From Anaerolineales bacterium (GTDB taxonomy: Bacteria; Chloroflexota; Anaerolineae; Anaerolineales; UBA6663), in the NCBI GenBank assembly GCA_044226485.1, contig JBGAGY010000011.1, positions 168,806 to 232,805 on the forward strand: a DNA stretch of 64,000 bases, in the 5' to 3' direction. The notes beneath the pieces are model-generated. The model ran no database searches. It worked only from the letters and a program-made list of their open reading frames with translations, and was not told the DNA's origin. Each line of letters begins with the position of its first letter. Position 1 is the first letter of the stretch. Both the position numbers and the translations under genes were made by a program. Positions 30,656 to 41,011 of the stretch are shown here, in pieces.

Positions 30656-31297
30656 TCAGTTGCTATAGCCGCGTCCGGAGACTTCGACCGTCGCTTCGCC
30701 AGCGACCGCCGCCAGGAACTCGGTGTGGTTCATTGGCCGCGAGAACATCGGGTAGTTCTTCTCAACCGCCAGCCGCTGCTCTTCTTCGCTCAGGGCGGCC
30801 GTGCAATCCTTCAGGGTCACCACGATGTAACCCTTCTCATATCCCGAGCGCATGGTAGATTCCACACAGCAGTTCGTCAGAAAACCGCCCAGAGCGATGT
30901 CGGTGATCCCACGACTTCGCAGAATGAAATCCAGATTGGTGCTGGCAAATCCGCACAGACCTCGTTTACCCTCGATCACGATGTCTTGAGGCTCCGGCTT
31001 GAGGACATCGACGATCTCAGCCCCCCATGTGCCTTTGCGGAAGGACTTGCTATCCACGACACCCTTGAGGATGCCATAGGGTTGCGGCGTCAGTTCGTGG
31101 TAGTCGTCCGTGAACGTAATGGGAGCATGGATGATCGTGACCCCGAGTTCTCGAGCACGCTTGACCGTCTCCACGGTGTTCGCCAGCATCTGGGTGCTCT
31201 CCATGACTGGCTGAACCGCCTGATGCAGGGATCCCCCTTCTGACGTAAAGTCATTCTGAAACTCGATCAGAATCAGAGCCGTCTGTTTCGGGTTCAT
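30656..31297 (-). CDS. isochorismatase-family cysteine hydrolase
   Basis: ALILIEFQNDF and the catalytic-Cys region GFLTNCCVESTMR. AAGGAG Shine-Dalgarno sequence 8 nt upstream of the ATG at 31297. Confidence 0.9.
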   Translation of the reverse strand: MNPKQTALILIEFQNDFTSEGGSLHQAVQPVMESTQMLANTVETVKRARELGVTIIHAPITFTDDYHELTPQPYGILKGVVDSKSFRKGTWGAEIVDVLKPEPQDIVIEGKRGLCGFASTNLDFILRSRGITDIALGGFLTNCCVESTMRSGYEKGYIVVTLKDCTAALSEEEQRLAVEKNYPMFSRPMNHTEFLAAVAGEATVEVSGRGYSN

Positions 31298-31480
31298 GGG
31301 TTTGCTCCTTGAATATGAGGTTGGCGACGAACTCGGTACCCGAATTCTACTCCCATGTCCTTCAAGGGTTGTTGAGCCCGCTGGACTTCCCCCAAGGTTC
31401 TGCCTGCCTCGTTGCCGTCCGTCCACGACACCTGGCGAGCATCGGACCCGATTCGAGCGGCCTTCGCCCAACACGATGGA

Positions 31481-32371
31481 TCATCCCCCGTCGGTATCCA
31501 TCACGGGCAATTGTCGGGTCGCCGCGAGCATCACGATCACGGCCAGTACAGGGATCCACCCGGCGAGCCCCAGCGGCGATGCACCCAGTGCGGTATCTAC
31601 GCCGGGCGTCAGCACCATCAGGGGCAAACCCGCAATCGCATTGAAGGCCCCATGGCAGAGCGCCGCGATCCACGGGCTGCGCGCCTTCAGATAAAGCCAC
31701 GACAGGATCGTGCCCAACAGGATGAAGCCCACCACCCCCACCAGGACCCCCAGGTAGGGGTGCTGAGGGAAGTTATAACCGTGCAGGATCGTCGTCGGCG
31801 CGTGCCAGAGGCCCCAGATGGCGCCGCTGAGCAGGATGGCGCGCCACTGGCCGAGCGGCACCAACTTCGGCAGCAGGTAACCACGCCACCCCAACTCCTC
31901 ACCCAGCGCGAAGATCATGTTGATGACCGGCGCGATGGTCAACGCCGCCGCCAGTTGCCCGAAGACAATGAGCTGCGGATCCGGCAACACGGTACCTGTC
32001 GGCGCGTTCGCCGCCAACAACTCCCGGAGCGCCGCGAACGAAAGGTCGAGGTGACCCGTTCCGAACACAACCGTTATGCCGAGTGTGGCTAATGTGATGA
32101 GCGCCGGCAGCAACCACGCCACAAGGTAGAAGCGCTTGGGCCCGAGCCGATTGAGCCGCAGGCTCTTGATCACCGGTTGCCCTTCCACCATGCGCGTGGC
32201 CACGATCGCCCCGAGGCCTGGAGCCCACATCGCCAGGGCGAACAGGATCAGCATGGACAGCTGATAGGTCTGCGGATCGGGCGAACCTTTCGCCAACAGG
32301 GGCAGAGTGAAGAGGATCCAGGCGAGGCCAAAGGCAACACCAAGGAAGGTGAGTAATGACTTTCGGTTCAT
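31481..32371 (-). CDS. CPBP-family intramembrane glutamic endopeptidase
   Basis: EELGWRGYLLPKL, GLWHAP and HGAFNA motifs. Multi-TM. Confidence 0.85.
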   Translation of the reverse strand: MNRKSLLTFLGVAFGLAWILFTLPLLAKGSPDPQTYQLSMLILFALAMWAPGLGAIVATRMVEGQPVIKSLRLNRLGPKRFYLVAWLLPALITLATLGITVVFGTGHLDLSFAALRELLAANAPTGTVLPDPQLIVFGQLAAALTIAPVINMIFALGEELGWRGYLLPKLVPLGQWRAILLSGAIWGLWHAPTTILHGYNFPQHPYLGVLVGVVGFILLGTILSWLYLKARSPWIAALCHGAFNAIAGLPLMVLTPGVDTALGASPLGLAGWIPVLAVIVMLAATRQLPVMDTDGG

Positions 32372-32398
32372 GATGTCTCCGTCTTCTGCAGAACTCGC

Positions 32399-32545
32399 TC
32401 AACGAGCGTCGTGAATGGCCGTGGCAGGATCGTCAAGGCGGACACCCATTTCGATCAGGTCCGTCGCCGGAACGCCGGGCCCCAGCACGGCCGCGATGCC
32501 GGCCAGCGTGATGAACAACAAGATCGTGAGCACGATAGTGAACAT
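32399..32545 (-). CDS. 48-aa hydrophobic peptide ORF upstream of the CPBP gene
   Basis: GGGAGG 6 nt before the ATG. MFTILLTILLFITLAGIAAVLGPGVPATDLIEMGVRLDDPATAIHDAR-type sequence (one TM helix plus acidic tail). Below the ORF-track size cut-off, translated by hand. Confidence 0.4.
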   Translation of the reverse strand: MFTIVLTILLFITLAGIAAVLGPGVPATDLIEMGVRLDDPATAIHDAR

Positions 32546-32757
32546 GGCAACCTCCCTCTGACGAACTCTGCTCACGATACGCTGAAATACACCTTCTCGC
32601 CCCGATCTGCAGGGCAGTTCTGACCTGGCCGATCAGTCAGGATCGGAATCTCTGGCGGGCGGGCAACTCCACATCGCGGGTGCCGGGCCGAACCCGATCG
32701 AACGCCGTCGTCGTGTGACTCCGATCGATCTCGACAATGCGTGACGCAAGACGCTGT

Positions 32758-33612
32758 TTACGATTTGGTCTTCTGCAGGCCTTGAGCCGTGTAGACATCA
32801 GTTGCAGGCGTCCGGACAAGGCTCAGGCCCGGAACGAACCAGAGGGCAACGCCGGCCGCAAGGGTGAGCAGAGTCCGAATCACCTCGACTCGATCCGACA
32901 CCGGGGCCAACAACTGAGATGTGAAGTTCGCGCTGAAGTGGATGAACATGGCCGCCGGGATGCTTCCGGCCGTCGAAAGGTGAACGCGCGCCATCAGCAG
33001 CGAGAGCCCGACGTTCAGAAGCATGAAGGCCCAGAACCCCTCCATGCGGAAGCCCATCTGCCCGTGCCAGGTCGCGGGCATGGCGTAGAGGGGCAGATGC
33101 CAGAAGCCCCAGATGAGGCCCAGCAGGATCGATCCGCGCACCTCACCGAAACGCGCGATCAGCGGATCGAGCAGGTAGCCGCGCCACCCGAATTCCTCTG
33201 ACCACGGCCCGGAGAGAAAGCTGATGAAGGTCACCAGCGGCCAGAGGGCCGGAGAGGCCATAAGCGCCCGCCACTGATCCAGGCCCGGCCACGCGCCACC
33301 GAGCGCGAGATCCAGGGCGACGCCCGCAGCGTAGATCAACGGGAAGATCAAGGCGATGAACGCACACCACCCTGCTGAGATGGATCGCAGGCTGAGGGCC
33401 CGTCGCCAGAAGGCCCGCCGGTCGGCCGGATCACCCAGGAAGATCAACACGACGCCGACAAGCGACGGGGCCATGCCGCCGGCGATCAGCAACAGCATCC
33501 AGGGCATCTCATATGCGCTGTGTCCGCTCCAGATGAGCGCGCCGTAGAAGGCCCAGGTCCAGACGAACGCGGCCAGCAGGAAATAACCGGGGTGGCGTTT
33601 CGCGTAAGTCAT
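32758..33612 (-). CDS. CPBP-family intramembrane protease
   Basis: SEEFGWRGYLLDPL, GFWHLP and HFSANF motifs. Confidence 0.85.
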   Translation of the reverse strand: MTYAKRHPGYFLLAAFVWTWAFYGALIWSGHSAYEMPWMLLLIAGGMAPSLVGVVLIFLGDPADRRAFWRRALSLRSISAGWCAFIALIFPLIYAAGVALDLALGGAWPGLDQWRALMASPALWPLVTFISFLSGPWSEEFGWRGYLLDPLIARFGEVRGSILLGLIWGFWHLPLYAMPATWHGQMGFRMEGFWAFMLLNVGLSLLMARVHLSTAGSIPAAMFIHFSANFTSQLLAPVSDRVEVIRTLLTLAAGVALWFVPGLSLVRTPATDVYTAQGLQKTKS

Positions 33613-33633
33613 GATCTCACCAGCAGGGTCAGT

Positions 33634-34593
33634 CTAGCGCACCAGCGCCAGGGCCAGAAACGTGAAGATCGCCACGTCGCTGAGAAAATGAATCCACCAC
33701 GTCCAGAAGACGCCGCGGGTTTCGACCATCCCCTTCCCCAGGATCCAGCCCATGAAGATGGAGGCGATCCCGCCCAGCAGGCCGCCGGGCGTTCCAAAGT
33801 AATGGGCGATACCAAAAAAATAAGCCGTCATCCACAATGCCTGACGGCTGCCGAAGCCGCGCTCGAGCGAGGCCAGGAAAGGCGCGCGATACGTCATCTC
33901 TTCATTGAAAGCGTTCAGCGCGGCGTAGAACAGGATCGACGGTACGGCCGGCAGCAATCGCCCGAACTGGGCGGCATCGGGCTGCGCGCCGAGGAACATC
34001 AGAACGGCCAGTGTCGCCGCGATGTAGAAGCCCCACTGCAGCCCGAAGGACGGCCACGCCACAGGCTTCGGGAAACCCAGCCACGGCACAGGTTGGATCG
34101 GCGCCGTCAGCCGGCCCCGCGTGAGAAAGAACGCGTTGCGCCGATAGCCCAGGAGCAACAGCAACCCGATCATGCAGGCCGACACCACAAGTTTGCCGAT
34201 CTGCTCGGCCTGCATCCGCGCATCGAAGGCCGTGCCGCCAAAGAGCGCCTGCAGAGGCAGCATTGTGAAGTCGATGCGGGTCCGCGCTTCGTTGAGGGCG
34301 AACAGGGCCAGGAAGAGCGCCACAGGATCGCGCAACGCTCGCGCCGGTCGCCAGAAGCTGGCCGTCGTCGCGAGGATCGCCAACGCCACGATTCGCGCCA
34401 GAGCCAACCAGGCCGGGACGGCGCCCGTCAGCTCCACGAATACGATGTCGACGAGGGCGCTGACAGCCAGGACGAGCGCCCAGGCCACCATGAGCAGGCT
34501 CCGCTCACTGGCGGATGAGGTGGGTTGATTCGCCGAAGCAAACGTCTCAGATGAGCTGGTCATTGTGGTCGCCCTTTCGTAGCACCCGCTCAA
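33634..34593 (-). CDS. CPBP-family intramembrane protease (divergent)
   Basis: FNEEMTYRAPFL, GIAHY and IHFLSDV motifs. Multi-TM. Confidence 0.8.
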   Translation of the reverse strand: MSGCYERATTMTSSSETFASANQPTSSASERSLLMVAWALVLAVSALVDIVFVELTGAVPAWLALARIVALAILATTASFWRPARALRDPVALFLALFALNEARTRIDFTMLPLQALFGGTAFDARMQAEQIGKLVVSACMIGLLLLLGYRRNAFFLTRGRLTAPIQPVPWLGFPKPVAWPSFGLQWGFYIAATLAVLMFLGAQPDAAQFGRLLPAVPSILFYAALNAFNEEMTYRAPFLASLERGFGSRQALWMTAYFFGIAHYFGTPGGLLGGIASIFMGWILGKGMVETRGVFWTWWIHFLSDVAIFTFLALALVR

Positions 34594-34823
34594 CGGAGGC
34601 TGATCGACTCCGGTTGAAGGGGAACCACACTTTCAGTATCGATCAAGGTCCACGGCAGGTTCGTGGCACTGGCCCGTAGGTCGGCCAGGACGCGCAGGAC
34701 ACTCGGCGCGTACAGCGAGCGCGGCGTGCCAGTGGACTCGCCCGTCCACAGAGGCACGTCTGGCTCGAAGGCATCCAGGATGTAGAGGGTTCGAAGGGCC
34801 ATAGGGCACCAGGTGTCCGTCAT
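34590..34823 (-). CDS. hypothetical 77-aa protein translationally coupled to the receiver gene
   Basis: ATGA start/stop overlap with the upstream receiver ORF. Its stop overlaps the start of the downstream CPBP gene. Confidence 0.4.
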   Translation of the reverse strand: MTDTWCPMALRTLYILDAFEPDVPLWTGESTGTPRSLYAPSVLRVLADLRASATNLPWTLIDTESVVPLQPESISLR

Positions 34824-35167
34824 CCGGCGAAAACGGCCAGGATGACCTCCGGAAGATCGGTCTTGTTGACGAAAGCGTCGGCGCCGTCGGCCAGCGCCTG
34901 TGCAGCAGACTCGGGCCGGGCGCTGGCCACGATCAGACGGGCATTCGGCGCCGCGGCGCGCAGCGCATCGGTCCGGCACAGGCGCGGCTCGCCCGACAAC
35001 TCCCAATCCAACAAAATGAGGTCCGGCTGGCAGGCCTGGGCCGCGTCGAGGGCGGCTTCCATCGATGAGGCTTCAGCGATCACGGTCACACCGAGTCGCG
35101 TCCCCAATAACAGGGAGAGCGCGGATCTCAGGGCGTCGTCATCGTCAGCCAACAGGACCTGTTTCAT
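34820..35167 (-). CDS. stand-alone response-regulator receiver domain
   Basis: 115 aa. Acidic pocket LLADDDD, phospho-acceptor LILLDWEL, conserved K in FVNKTD. Confidence 0.85.
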   Translation of the reverse strand: MKQVLLADDDDALRSALSLLLGTRLGVTVIAEASSMEAALDAAQACQPDLILLDWELSGEPRLCRTDALRAAAPNARLIVASARPESAAQALADGADAFVNKTDLPEVILAVFAG

Positions 35168-35267
35168 GCGTTCAGTCTAGCCAAGGCCCGAGGATTGTGA
35201 CCCGTCGTCAGGCGGGTTTTCGCCTGGTCACGCGGCCAGGTCCGGTCCGCGGGCAGCCGGGGTCGGG

Positions 35268-36167
35268 CTATGCCGCCCAGGCGCCGGCTTCCGGAGCGGC
35301 CGCGATCCTGCGGAGCAACGCATTCGCGAACGCGGCGGCCGCCACGGCGAGCACCATGAAGGAGGCCACGAAGCCGATGAACTGACCCAGGCTCAGCTGC
35401 ACGCCGGCCATTCGATTTATGACCGTTTGAGCCACGACCACGACCCCCACGATTGCGTACAGGATGAGCAACACCGCCGAAAGCAGGTCACCCAGGGGCT
35501 GACGCCGCCAGATCAGCCACGCCGCCGCCCAGGTCATGGGTACTGTGATGGCCAGATCGATCACGTAGGTCACGATCGTCGTGTTGTCGAGCAGCCCGAG
35601 CGGTGGCTCACCGGTCAGGGCTGCCCCGACGATGTCGCTCATCCATACCAGCAGAAGCACCGACCCGGCCGTGGCCAGAAAGATCGCGATCCCGCGGCGC
35701 GGGACTCCGGTACACGTGCACCGAGACAGGGCCGCCAGGTCGATCCCGGCCAGCACCGCCCCGAAGGCATACAGGCCGACCGCGAAGTACGCGACGTAGA
35801 TGAGAAACAGCTCGTTGTAGGCCGCGCCGAAGGCCAGCGAGGCCGCGTTGTAGAGGAAGTAGCTCAGCAGGCCGGACAGCCAGACCGAGCCCCTGACGTT
35901 GCCGGGCCGCCATCGCAGTGCAGCCCAGAGGAGCAAGGGCACACACAGCACGAGCGTGACGACGTCGGTGCCGCGGAAGGTCGCGGCGCCCTGGACGGTT
36001 TCGTGGCGATAGATCCCTGTGCCGTCGAGGTTGAAGGTCACGCCGTGCACGGTGGTCACCACGCGGGGCTCCAACCTGCCTGTCTGAATCAGGCCGACGC
36101 CTGCCGCGATCAGGGCCAGCATGGCGACGGTCACCGACAATCCGATGTGTATGCGTGCGTGGTTCAT
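35268..36167 (-). CDS. polytopic membrane protein of unknown function
   Basis: About 300 aa with 7-8 hydrophobic segments. Start at MNHARIHIG. Confidence 0.65.
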   Translation of the reverse strand: MNHARIHIGLSVTVAMLALIAAGVGLIQTGRLEPRVVTTVHGVTFNLDGTGIYRHETVQGAATFRGTDVVTLVLCVPLLLWAALRWRPGNVRGSVWLSGLLSYFLYNAASLAFGAAYNELFLIYVAYFAVGLYAFGAVLAGIDLAALSRCTCTGVPRRGIAIFLATAGSVLLLVWMSDIVGAALTGEPPLGLLDNTTIVTYVIDLAITVPMTWAAAWLIWRRQPLGDLLSAVLLILYAIVGVVVVAQTVINRMAGVQLSLGQFIGFVASFMVLAVAAAAFANALLRRIAAAPEAGAWAA

Positions 36168-36298
36168 CCCAGGCTCCATCCCTTTCGGTTCGTGTGCCTG
36201 GTTGAGTGTACAGAGGGTCAGGAATCGAAGGCTGTTCTTCGGGCGGGTTTTGGCCTGGCCAGGTGGCCAGGGTCACACGATGTGCGAAGGGCGCCGAC

Positions 36299-36925
36299 CT
36301 ACACGAGTTTGCGCTGCATGGCCAGCGAGACGGCGGCCACGCGATTCTCGACGCCGAGCTTCGCCAAAATGTTGCTGATGTGAAACTTGACGGTCGACAC
36401 GCTGACGACCAGGCGCTCGGCAATCTCTTGATTGGGCAGGCCCTCGACCATAAGCGCCAATACGTCACGCTCGCGATCCGTCAGGTTGTCGGCCGGCGAA
36501 AGGCTCCCTTGGGCCAGGGCCTGCGCCGCTTCAGGCGAGAGGGTCAACCGTCCCCTGTGTGCGGCCCGTATGGCGGCCGCCAGCTCAACGGCGCTGACGT
36601 TCTTCATTAAGTAGCCAACCGCCCCGGCCCTCAACGCATTCTGCACGAGGCCGTTCTCGGGGAAGCTCGTGAGCGCGATCACCTGCGGCGCGGGCGTGAG
36701 GGCCCTGATCTGCTGGGTGGCGGCCACGCCGTCCAACACCGGCATCATCAGATCCATCAGCACGACGTCGGGCTGCAACGTCCTGCAACGCTGCACGGCC
36801 TCGGCGCCGTCGCCGGCCTCGCCCACCAGCTCGAAGTCCGGCGTCACGCCCAAGAAGGCCGCAAGACCCGAACGAACCACGGCGTGGTCATCAACGATCA
36901 ATACACGAATCGGTGTGGTGGTCAT
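36299..36925 (-). CDS. NarL/LuxR-family response regulator
   Basis: Receiver domain (IRVLIVDDH...VVLMDLMMP) plus LuxR HTH (LTDRERDVLALMVEGLPNQEIAERLVVSVSTVKFHISNILAKLG). ATGA overlap with the kinase stop. Confidence 0.9.
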   Translation of the reverse strand: MTTTPIRVLIVDDHAVVRSGLAAFLGVTPDFELVGEAGDGAEAVQRCRTLQPDVVLMDLMMPVLDGVAATQQIRALTPAPQVIALTSFPENGLVQNALRAGAVGYLMKNVSAVELAAAIRAAHRGRLTLSPEAAQALAQGSLSPADNLTDRERDVLALMVEGLPNQEIAERLVVSVSTVKFHISNILAKLGVENRVAAVSLAMQRKLV

Positions 36926-39900
36926 GCGGGTTCCTCCCAAACAACGGTGATCTGCGTCCCGGCGCCGGGTTCGCTGTAAAGCGTCACGCGCGCCCCGACA
37001 GCTTCCGCGCGCTCACGCATGATCCTCAGGCCAAGATGGTCGGCGGTCACGGCGCTCGGGTCGAAGCCGGCGCCGGTGTCGGCGATCGTCAACCGCACGC
37101 TCGGGCCGAGGCGCAACTGCACGACCGCCTGCGACGCGCGCGCGTGCTTGACGACGTTGTTGAGCGCTTCCTGGGTGATGCGGTACAGCATCAATTGCAC
37201 ATCAGGCGGCAGCGGACGGTCGCCGTCGATCTGAACCTGGACCGACAGACGCGTCCGCCCGCCGGCCGCTTCACCGAGTTGTCGTAGGAGCACCGGCAGC
37301 GGGACCTCGGTCAGGGCGTTCGGCCTCAGTTCAACGAGCAGCGACCGCATCTCGGCCATAGCGCCCCTGGTCAGCTGGCGCAGTTCTTCAAGCCGACGCA
37401 CACCGGCGGCGCGATCGGCCTCCCACACCTGGGGCAGCACCTCGGCGATCAGGGTGGTGGCGAACAGCGTCTGGGTCACGGCGTCGTGCAGGTCGCGCGC
37501 CAGCCGCGTTCGTTCGGCGACGACGGCTTCCTCGGCGGCCTTCTGCTGTAACAACCGGTTGCTCCGCTCGAGCTCATCGGTGCGCAGCTGCACCAGGTGC
37601 TCGAGCTGTCGGTTGCGATTTCGTACCGAGCGCAGGCGCAGCTGAACGCCGGCCAGCGCAGTGAGCACGAGGCCGACGGCTACCAGGCCGCGAAACCACC
37701 ACGTCTCCCAGTAGGGCGGCGTGATCGTCACCGGCAGAATCAGCCCGGGCTCGCTCCACACGCCCTCGCTGTTGGCGGCGCGCACGCGCAGCGTGTAGGA
37801 ACCACCGGGCAGGTTCGTGTAGCTGGCGTAGCGGCGGGTCCCGGCCTCGATCCAATTCGGATCGTATCCCTCAAGCCTGTAGGCGAAACGGTTGTGTTCG
37901 GGCGCGCTGAAATCGAGGGCCGCGAATTCGAAGGCGATGAAACTCTGGTCGTAGGTCAGGGTGATGGGTTCGACGCCCGTGTGCGGCACCGAGACGTTGA
38001 GCACCTGAAAATCCGTGAGAACGACCGGCGGCGGCACCTGTCGCGGCGTGAGCGCGGACGGGTCGAAGACGTTGAAGCCGTGGCTCGTGCCGACATAGAT
38101 CAGGCCAGCGTGGGTCCGCAGCCAGGCTCCCGAATTGAACTCGTTGCTGGCGAGGCCGTCGGACGTGTCGAAGATCTGGAATTGCTCGGTCTGGATGTCG
38201 AAGCGCGCCAGCCCGTTGTTCGTGGTCAGCCACAGATCCTGCCCGGCTCCGGACACGACGCTGAGGACTGTGGTGTTGCGCAGACCTTCGCGCTCCCCAT
38301 AGACGCGCACCTCGCCGGTCGCCGGATCCAGGCGGTTCAATCCGCCCTGCGTCGCGAGCCAGACGATCCCGGAGTCGCCGGGCTGAATGGCCCAGACGTT
38401 GCTGTCGCTGAGCGCCCCGGCCCCCGCGCCCGGTGCATAGGTCGTGAAACGCGCTGTCTCCGGTGCCAGGCTGGCCGGGTCGGCCAGGTTCAGGTGATTG
38501 AGGCCACCACCCCAGGTGCCGATCCACAGGTCCTGGCCATCGACGGCGAGCGACACGATCTGATCGAGGCTCAGCGTGCCCGAGCGAGTCGGATCGGCAC
38601 GATAGCGCACGAACGTGTCGCTGGCCGGGTCGAAGCGGTGCAGGCCGCCGAGCGTGCCGACCCACATACGGCCGGCATCGTCGACGACAATGCTCGAGAC
38701 ACTGCCGTCGGCCAAGGCCGATGGATCGTCGAGGTTGGGTGGGTAATGCCTGAACCCACCCGTGGCGGGATCGAGACGATCCAGGCCGGCGCCGAGCGTG
38801 CCAAGCCAGACCATACCGGCGGCATCGACGTGAAGCGACATGACCATGTCGGCGCTGACGCTATCGTCTCGCGTGGCGTCGTGGCGATAGTGGGTGAACA
38901 GCCCGGTGGCCGGATCAAGCCGATCGAGCCCCGATCCCCAGACGGCCATCCAGATCCCGCCGGTTGCGTCCTCGGCGAACGCGCCGATCTGGCTGCTGGC
39001 CGGGCCGTTGACGTCGTCCGGGTGGCTCTCGAAGAGGCGAAAGTCGCGGCTGTGGGGCGTGAGTTTGTTGAGGCCGCCGCGAGTCGTGCCCGCCCAGATG
39101 ACGCCGGAATGGTCTTGAAGCAGCGACCAGATTTCGTCGCCGCTCAGGCTGTGCGGCTGCGCGAGGTCGAAGGGGTAGCGCGTGAAACGCCCGGGCAAAG
39201 CCGGGTCCATTTCGTTCAGCCCACCGCCCCAGGTGCCGACCCACAGATGGCCATCATCTGACACAAGCAGGCTGAAGACGTTATCGGAACTCAGGCTTGT
39301 TGGATCGTCCTCTGTGTGCGAGTAGTGGGTCGCGCGGCCGGTTGCCGGATCGAACAATTCTAGGCCGGCCCCGGGGAGGCTGAACCCGCCCAGGCCTACC
39401 CACAACCGACCATCGCCGGCCGGCACGATGGCCGAAACGCTGTCGCCGGCGATGCTATCGGGGTTCGTCGAGTCGTGCTGGTAGTGGATGAAGGTGCCGC
39501 TGTCCCTGTCGAAGCGGTTGAGGCCAGCGCCTGGCGTCCCGAACGCCCCCGTGCCCACCCACAATTGGTGAGCCATATCTTCGTACAGCGTAGACACGGC
39601 ATCGGCGCTCAGGCTGTTCGCGTCGGTGGGATCGTGCCGATAGTGCGTGAAGCCACCGATCGCCGGGTCGAACCGATCGAGGCCACCCAGGGTGCCGACC
39701 CAGATCGAGCCATCGCCGGTCTGCAACAGCGTCGGGACGACGCCATGGCTGAGCGCGGCGGGATCAGAGGCATCCGGTTCGAATCGAGTGAAGACGCCCG
39801 TCGCCGGGTCGTAGCGATTGAGGCCCCCGCCCCACGTCCCGATCCAGATGAGGCCATCCGCATCCTGCATCAGGGCGATGACGCTGTTGTGGCCTAACGA

Positions 39901-40242
39901 GGTTGGATCCTCCGGATCATGCCGGAAGACCGTGAAGCCGTAGCCGTCGTAGCGGTCGAGGCCGTCCTGGGTACCGATCCAGAGATACCCGGCACGATCC
40001 TGAAGGAACGCCAACCCGGCGTTCTGAGAGAGCCCGTCCTCGATGGTGAGATGGCCGAAGCGAGCCGTGCCGCCGACGGGCAGCGATCCAGCCGTTGGCG
40101 CGTTCGCGAGGGTCGGCGCGACGGGCCGGCCGATGAATCCGAGCAGACAGGCCAAGGCGAACCACAACGACAGCTTTCTGTGGGGCCGCCTGATGAGGGT
40201 CAGCATGGTCCGGAGGACTGTAGTCGATGAATATGGAGGCAT
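36922..40242 (-). CDS. sensor histidine kinase with periplasmic two-component-regulator propeller repeats and Y_Y_Y domain
   Basis: About 12 repeats of the ...LW(I/V)GTxGGGLNR(F/L)DPxTG type, one TM helix (WWFRGLVAVGLVLTALAGV), HisKA_3 (RLARDLHDAVTQTLF) and an HATPase_c domain. Confidence 0.9.
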   Translation of the reverse strand: MPPYSSTTVLRTMLTLIRRPHRKLSLWFALACLLGFIGRPVAPTLANAPTAGSLPVGGTARFGHLTIEDGLSQNAGLAFLQDRAGYLWIGTQDGLDRYDGYGFTVFRHDPEDPTSLGHNSVIALMQDADGLIWIGTWGGGLNRYDPATGVFTRFEPDASDPAALSHGVVPTLLQTGDGSIWVGTLGGLDRFDPAIGGFTHYRHDPTDANSLSADAVSTLYEDMAHQLWVGTGAFGTPGAGLNRFDRDSGTFIHYQHDSTNPDSIAGDSVSAIVPAGDGRLWVGLGGFSLPGAGLELFDPATGRATHYSHTEDDPTSLSSDNVFSLLVSDDGHLWVGTWGGGLNEMDPALPGRFTRYPFDLAQPHSLSGDEIWSLLQDHSGVIWAGTTRGGLNKLTPHSRDFRLFESHPDDVNGPASSQIGAFAEDATGGIWMAVWGSGLDRLDPATGLFTHYRHDATRDDSVSADMVMSLHVDAAGMVWLGTLGAGLDRLDPATGGFRHYPPNLDDPSALADGSVSSIVVDDAGRMWVGTLGGLHRFDPASDTFVRYRADPTRSGTLSLDQIVSLAVDGQDLWIGTWGGGLNHLNLADPASLAPETARFTTYAPGAGAGALSDSNVWAIQPGDSGIVWLATQGGLNRLDPATGEVRVYGEREGLRNTTVLSVVSGAGQDLWLTTNNGLARFDIQTEQFQIFDTSDGLASNEFNSGAWLRTHAGLIYVGTSHGFNVFDPSALTPRQVPPPVVLTDFQVLNVSVPHTGVEPITLTYDQSFIAFEFAALDFSAPEHNRFAYRLEGYDPNWIEAGTRRYASYTNLPGGSYTLRVRAANSEGVWSEPGLILPVTITPPYWETWWFRGLVAVGLVLTALAGVQLRLRSVRNRNRQLEHLVQLRTDELERSNRLLQQKAAEEAVVAERTRLARDLHDAVTQTLFATTLIAEVLPQVWEADRAAGVRRLEELRQLTRGAMAEMRSLLVELRPNALTEVPLPVLLRQLGEAAGGRTRLSVQVQIDGDRPLPPDVQLMLYRITQEALNNVVKHARASQAVVQLRLGPSVRLTIADTGAGFDPSAVTADHLGLRIMRERAEAVGARVTLYSEPGAGTQITVVWEEPA

Positions 40243-40299
40243 ACAGTGCCGATGCTCATCTTTCGTCAGGAGACTGATCCTGGTCTGAGCCTGGCGGAC

Positions 40300-40875
40300 T
40301 CAGGCACGCATCGACGGTTGAGCCCGAGCTCGCCTGTCATCGGCCATCAGTTCTGCCAGACGCTCGCGAGCGATGTGATAGCGGTGTTTGGTGACATCGA
40401 CCGACGCCTCAAGGACCCCGGCTATCTGCCCGAACGAGAGATGCTCCCAACAGCGTAGCAGGACGATCAGCCGGTCCTTTGGAGCCAGTCGATCCAGGTG
40501 GTCCAGAAGCAGGCGAGCGCGATGGGCGACGCCTGTTTCTGGGCCCTGGCCAGCCGGTCCCGAAATCGCGCCGGCCGAACTTAGGGCGCGCCCGTCAGCC
40601 AACAGATCCAGACAGAGCCGGCCGGCATAGCCAAGCACCCAGAGGCGGAAATCCTCCCGGACACATGCGTCCGCTCGATGACGGAAGGCAGCCGCGAACG
40701 TCGCGGCCGTGGCTCGATCGGCCTCTGCGTGATCGCCGAGCATGCGCAGACACAGGTGTTGGACGGAACTACCGCAACCGTCCACGCAACGGTCGAAGGC
40801 CGCTGGGTCGTTCAGGTCGATGGCTTCAGACGGGGTGAACGGGTTGATCGCGTGCTGACGGATGAAGGCAAGCAT
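40300..40875 (-). CDS. ECF-type sigma-70 family factor
   Basis: Region 2-like LCLRMLGDHAEADRATAATFAAAFRH...FRLWVLGYAGRLCLDLL. Region 4 HTH LSFGQIAGVLEASVDVTKHRYHIARERL. Confidence 0.7.
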   Translation of the reverse strand: MLAFIRQHAINPFTPSEAIDLNDPAAFDRCVDGCGSSVQHLCLRMLGDHAEADRATAATFAAAFRHRADACVREDFRLWVLGYAGRLCLDLLADGRALSSAGAISGPAGQGPETGVAHRARLLLDHLDRLAPKDRLIVLLRCWEHLSFGQIAGVLEASVDVTKHRYHIARERLAELMADDRRARAQPSMRA

Positions 40876-41011
40876 GACGGACCGCCGGGCGATCGGCTGA
40901 ACACAAGCCGATCCATCCTCAACACACTACAGATCCGGCGGACCTTTCGCACCCGACCCCAGAGGAGTTCGCACCTGGTCAACCGGCCAGGGGACCATGC
41001 ATCCGGTGCGT

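Noticed and set aside
37597-39261. A 554-aa plus-strand ORF, and many other long ORFs antisense to or overlapping annotated genes (e.g. 16889-17926, 20511-21284, 22197-23126, 24111-25214, 33520-34518, 42738-44009).
   Set aside because: These are shadow ORFs typical of GC-rich DNA, with Arg/Gly/Pro-rich low-complexity translations and no recognisable motifs. The opposite-strand genes have clear family signatures.
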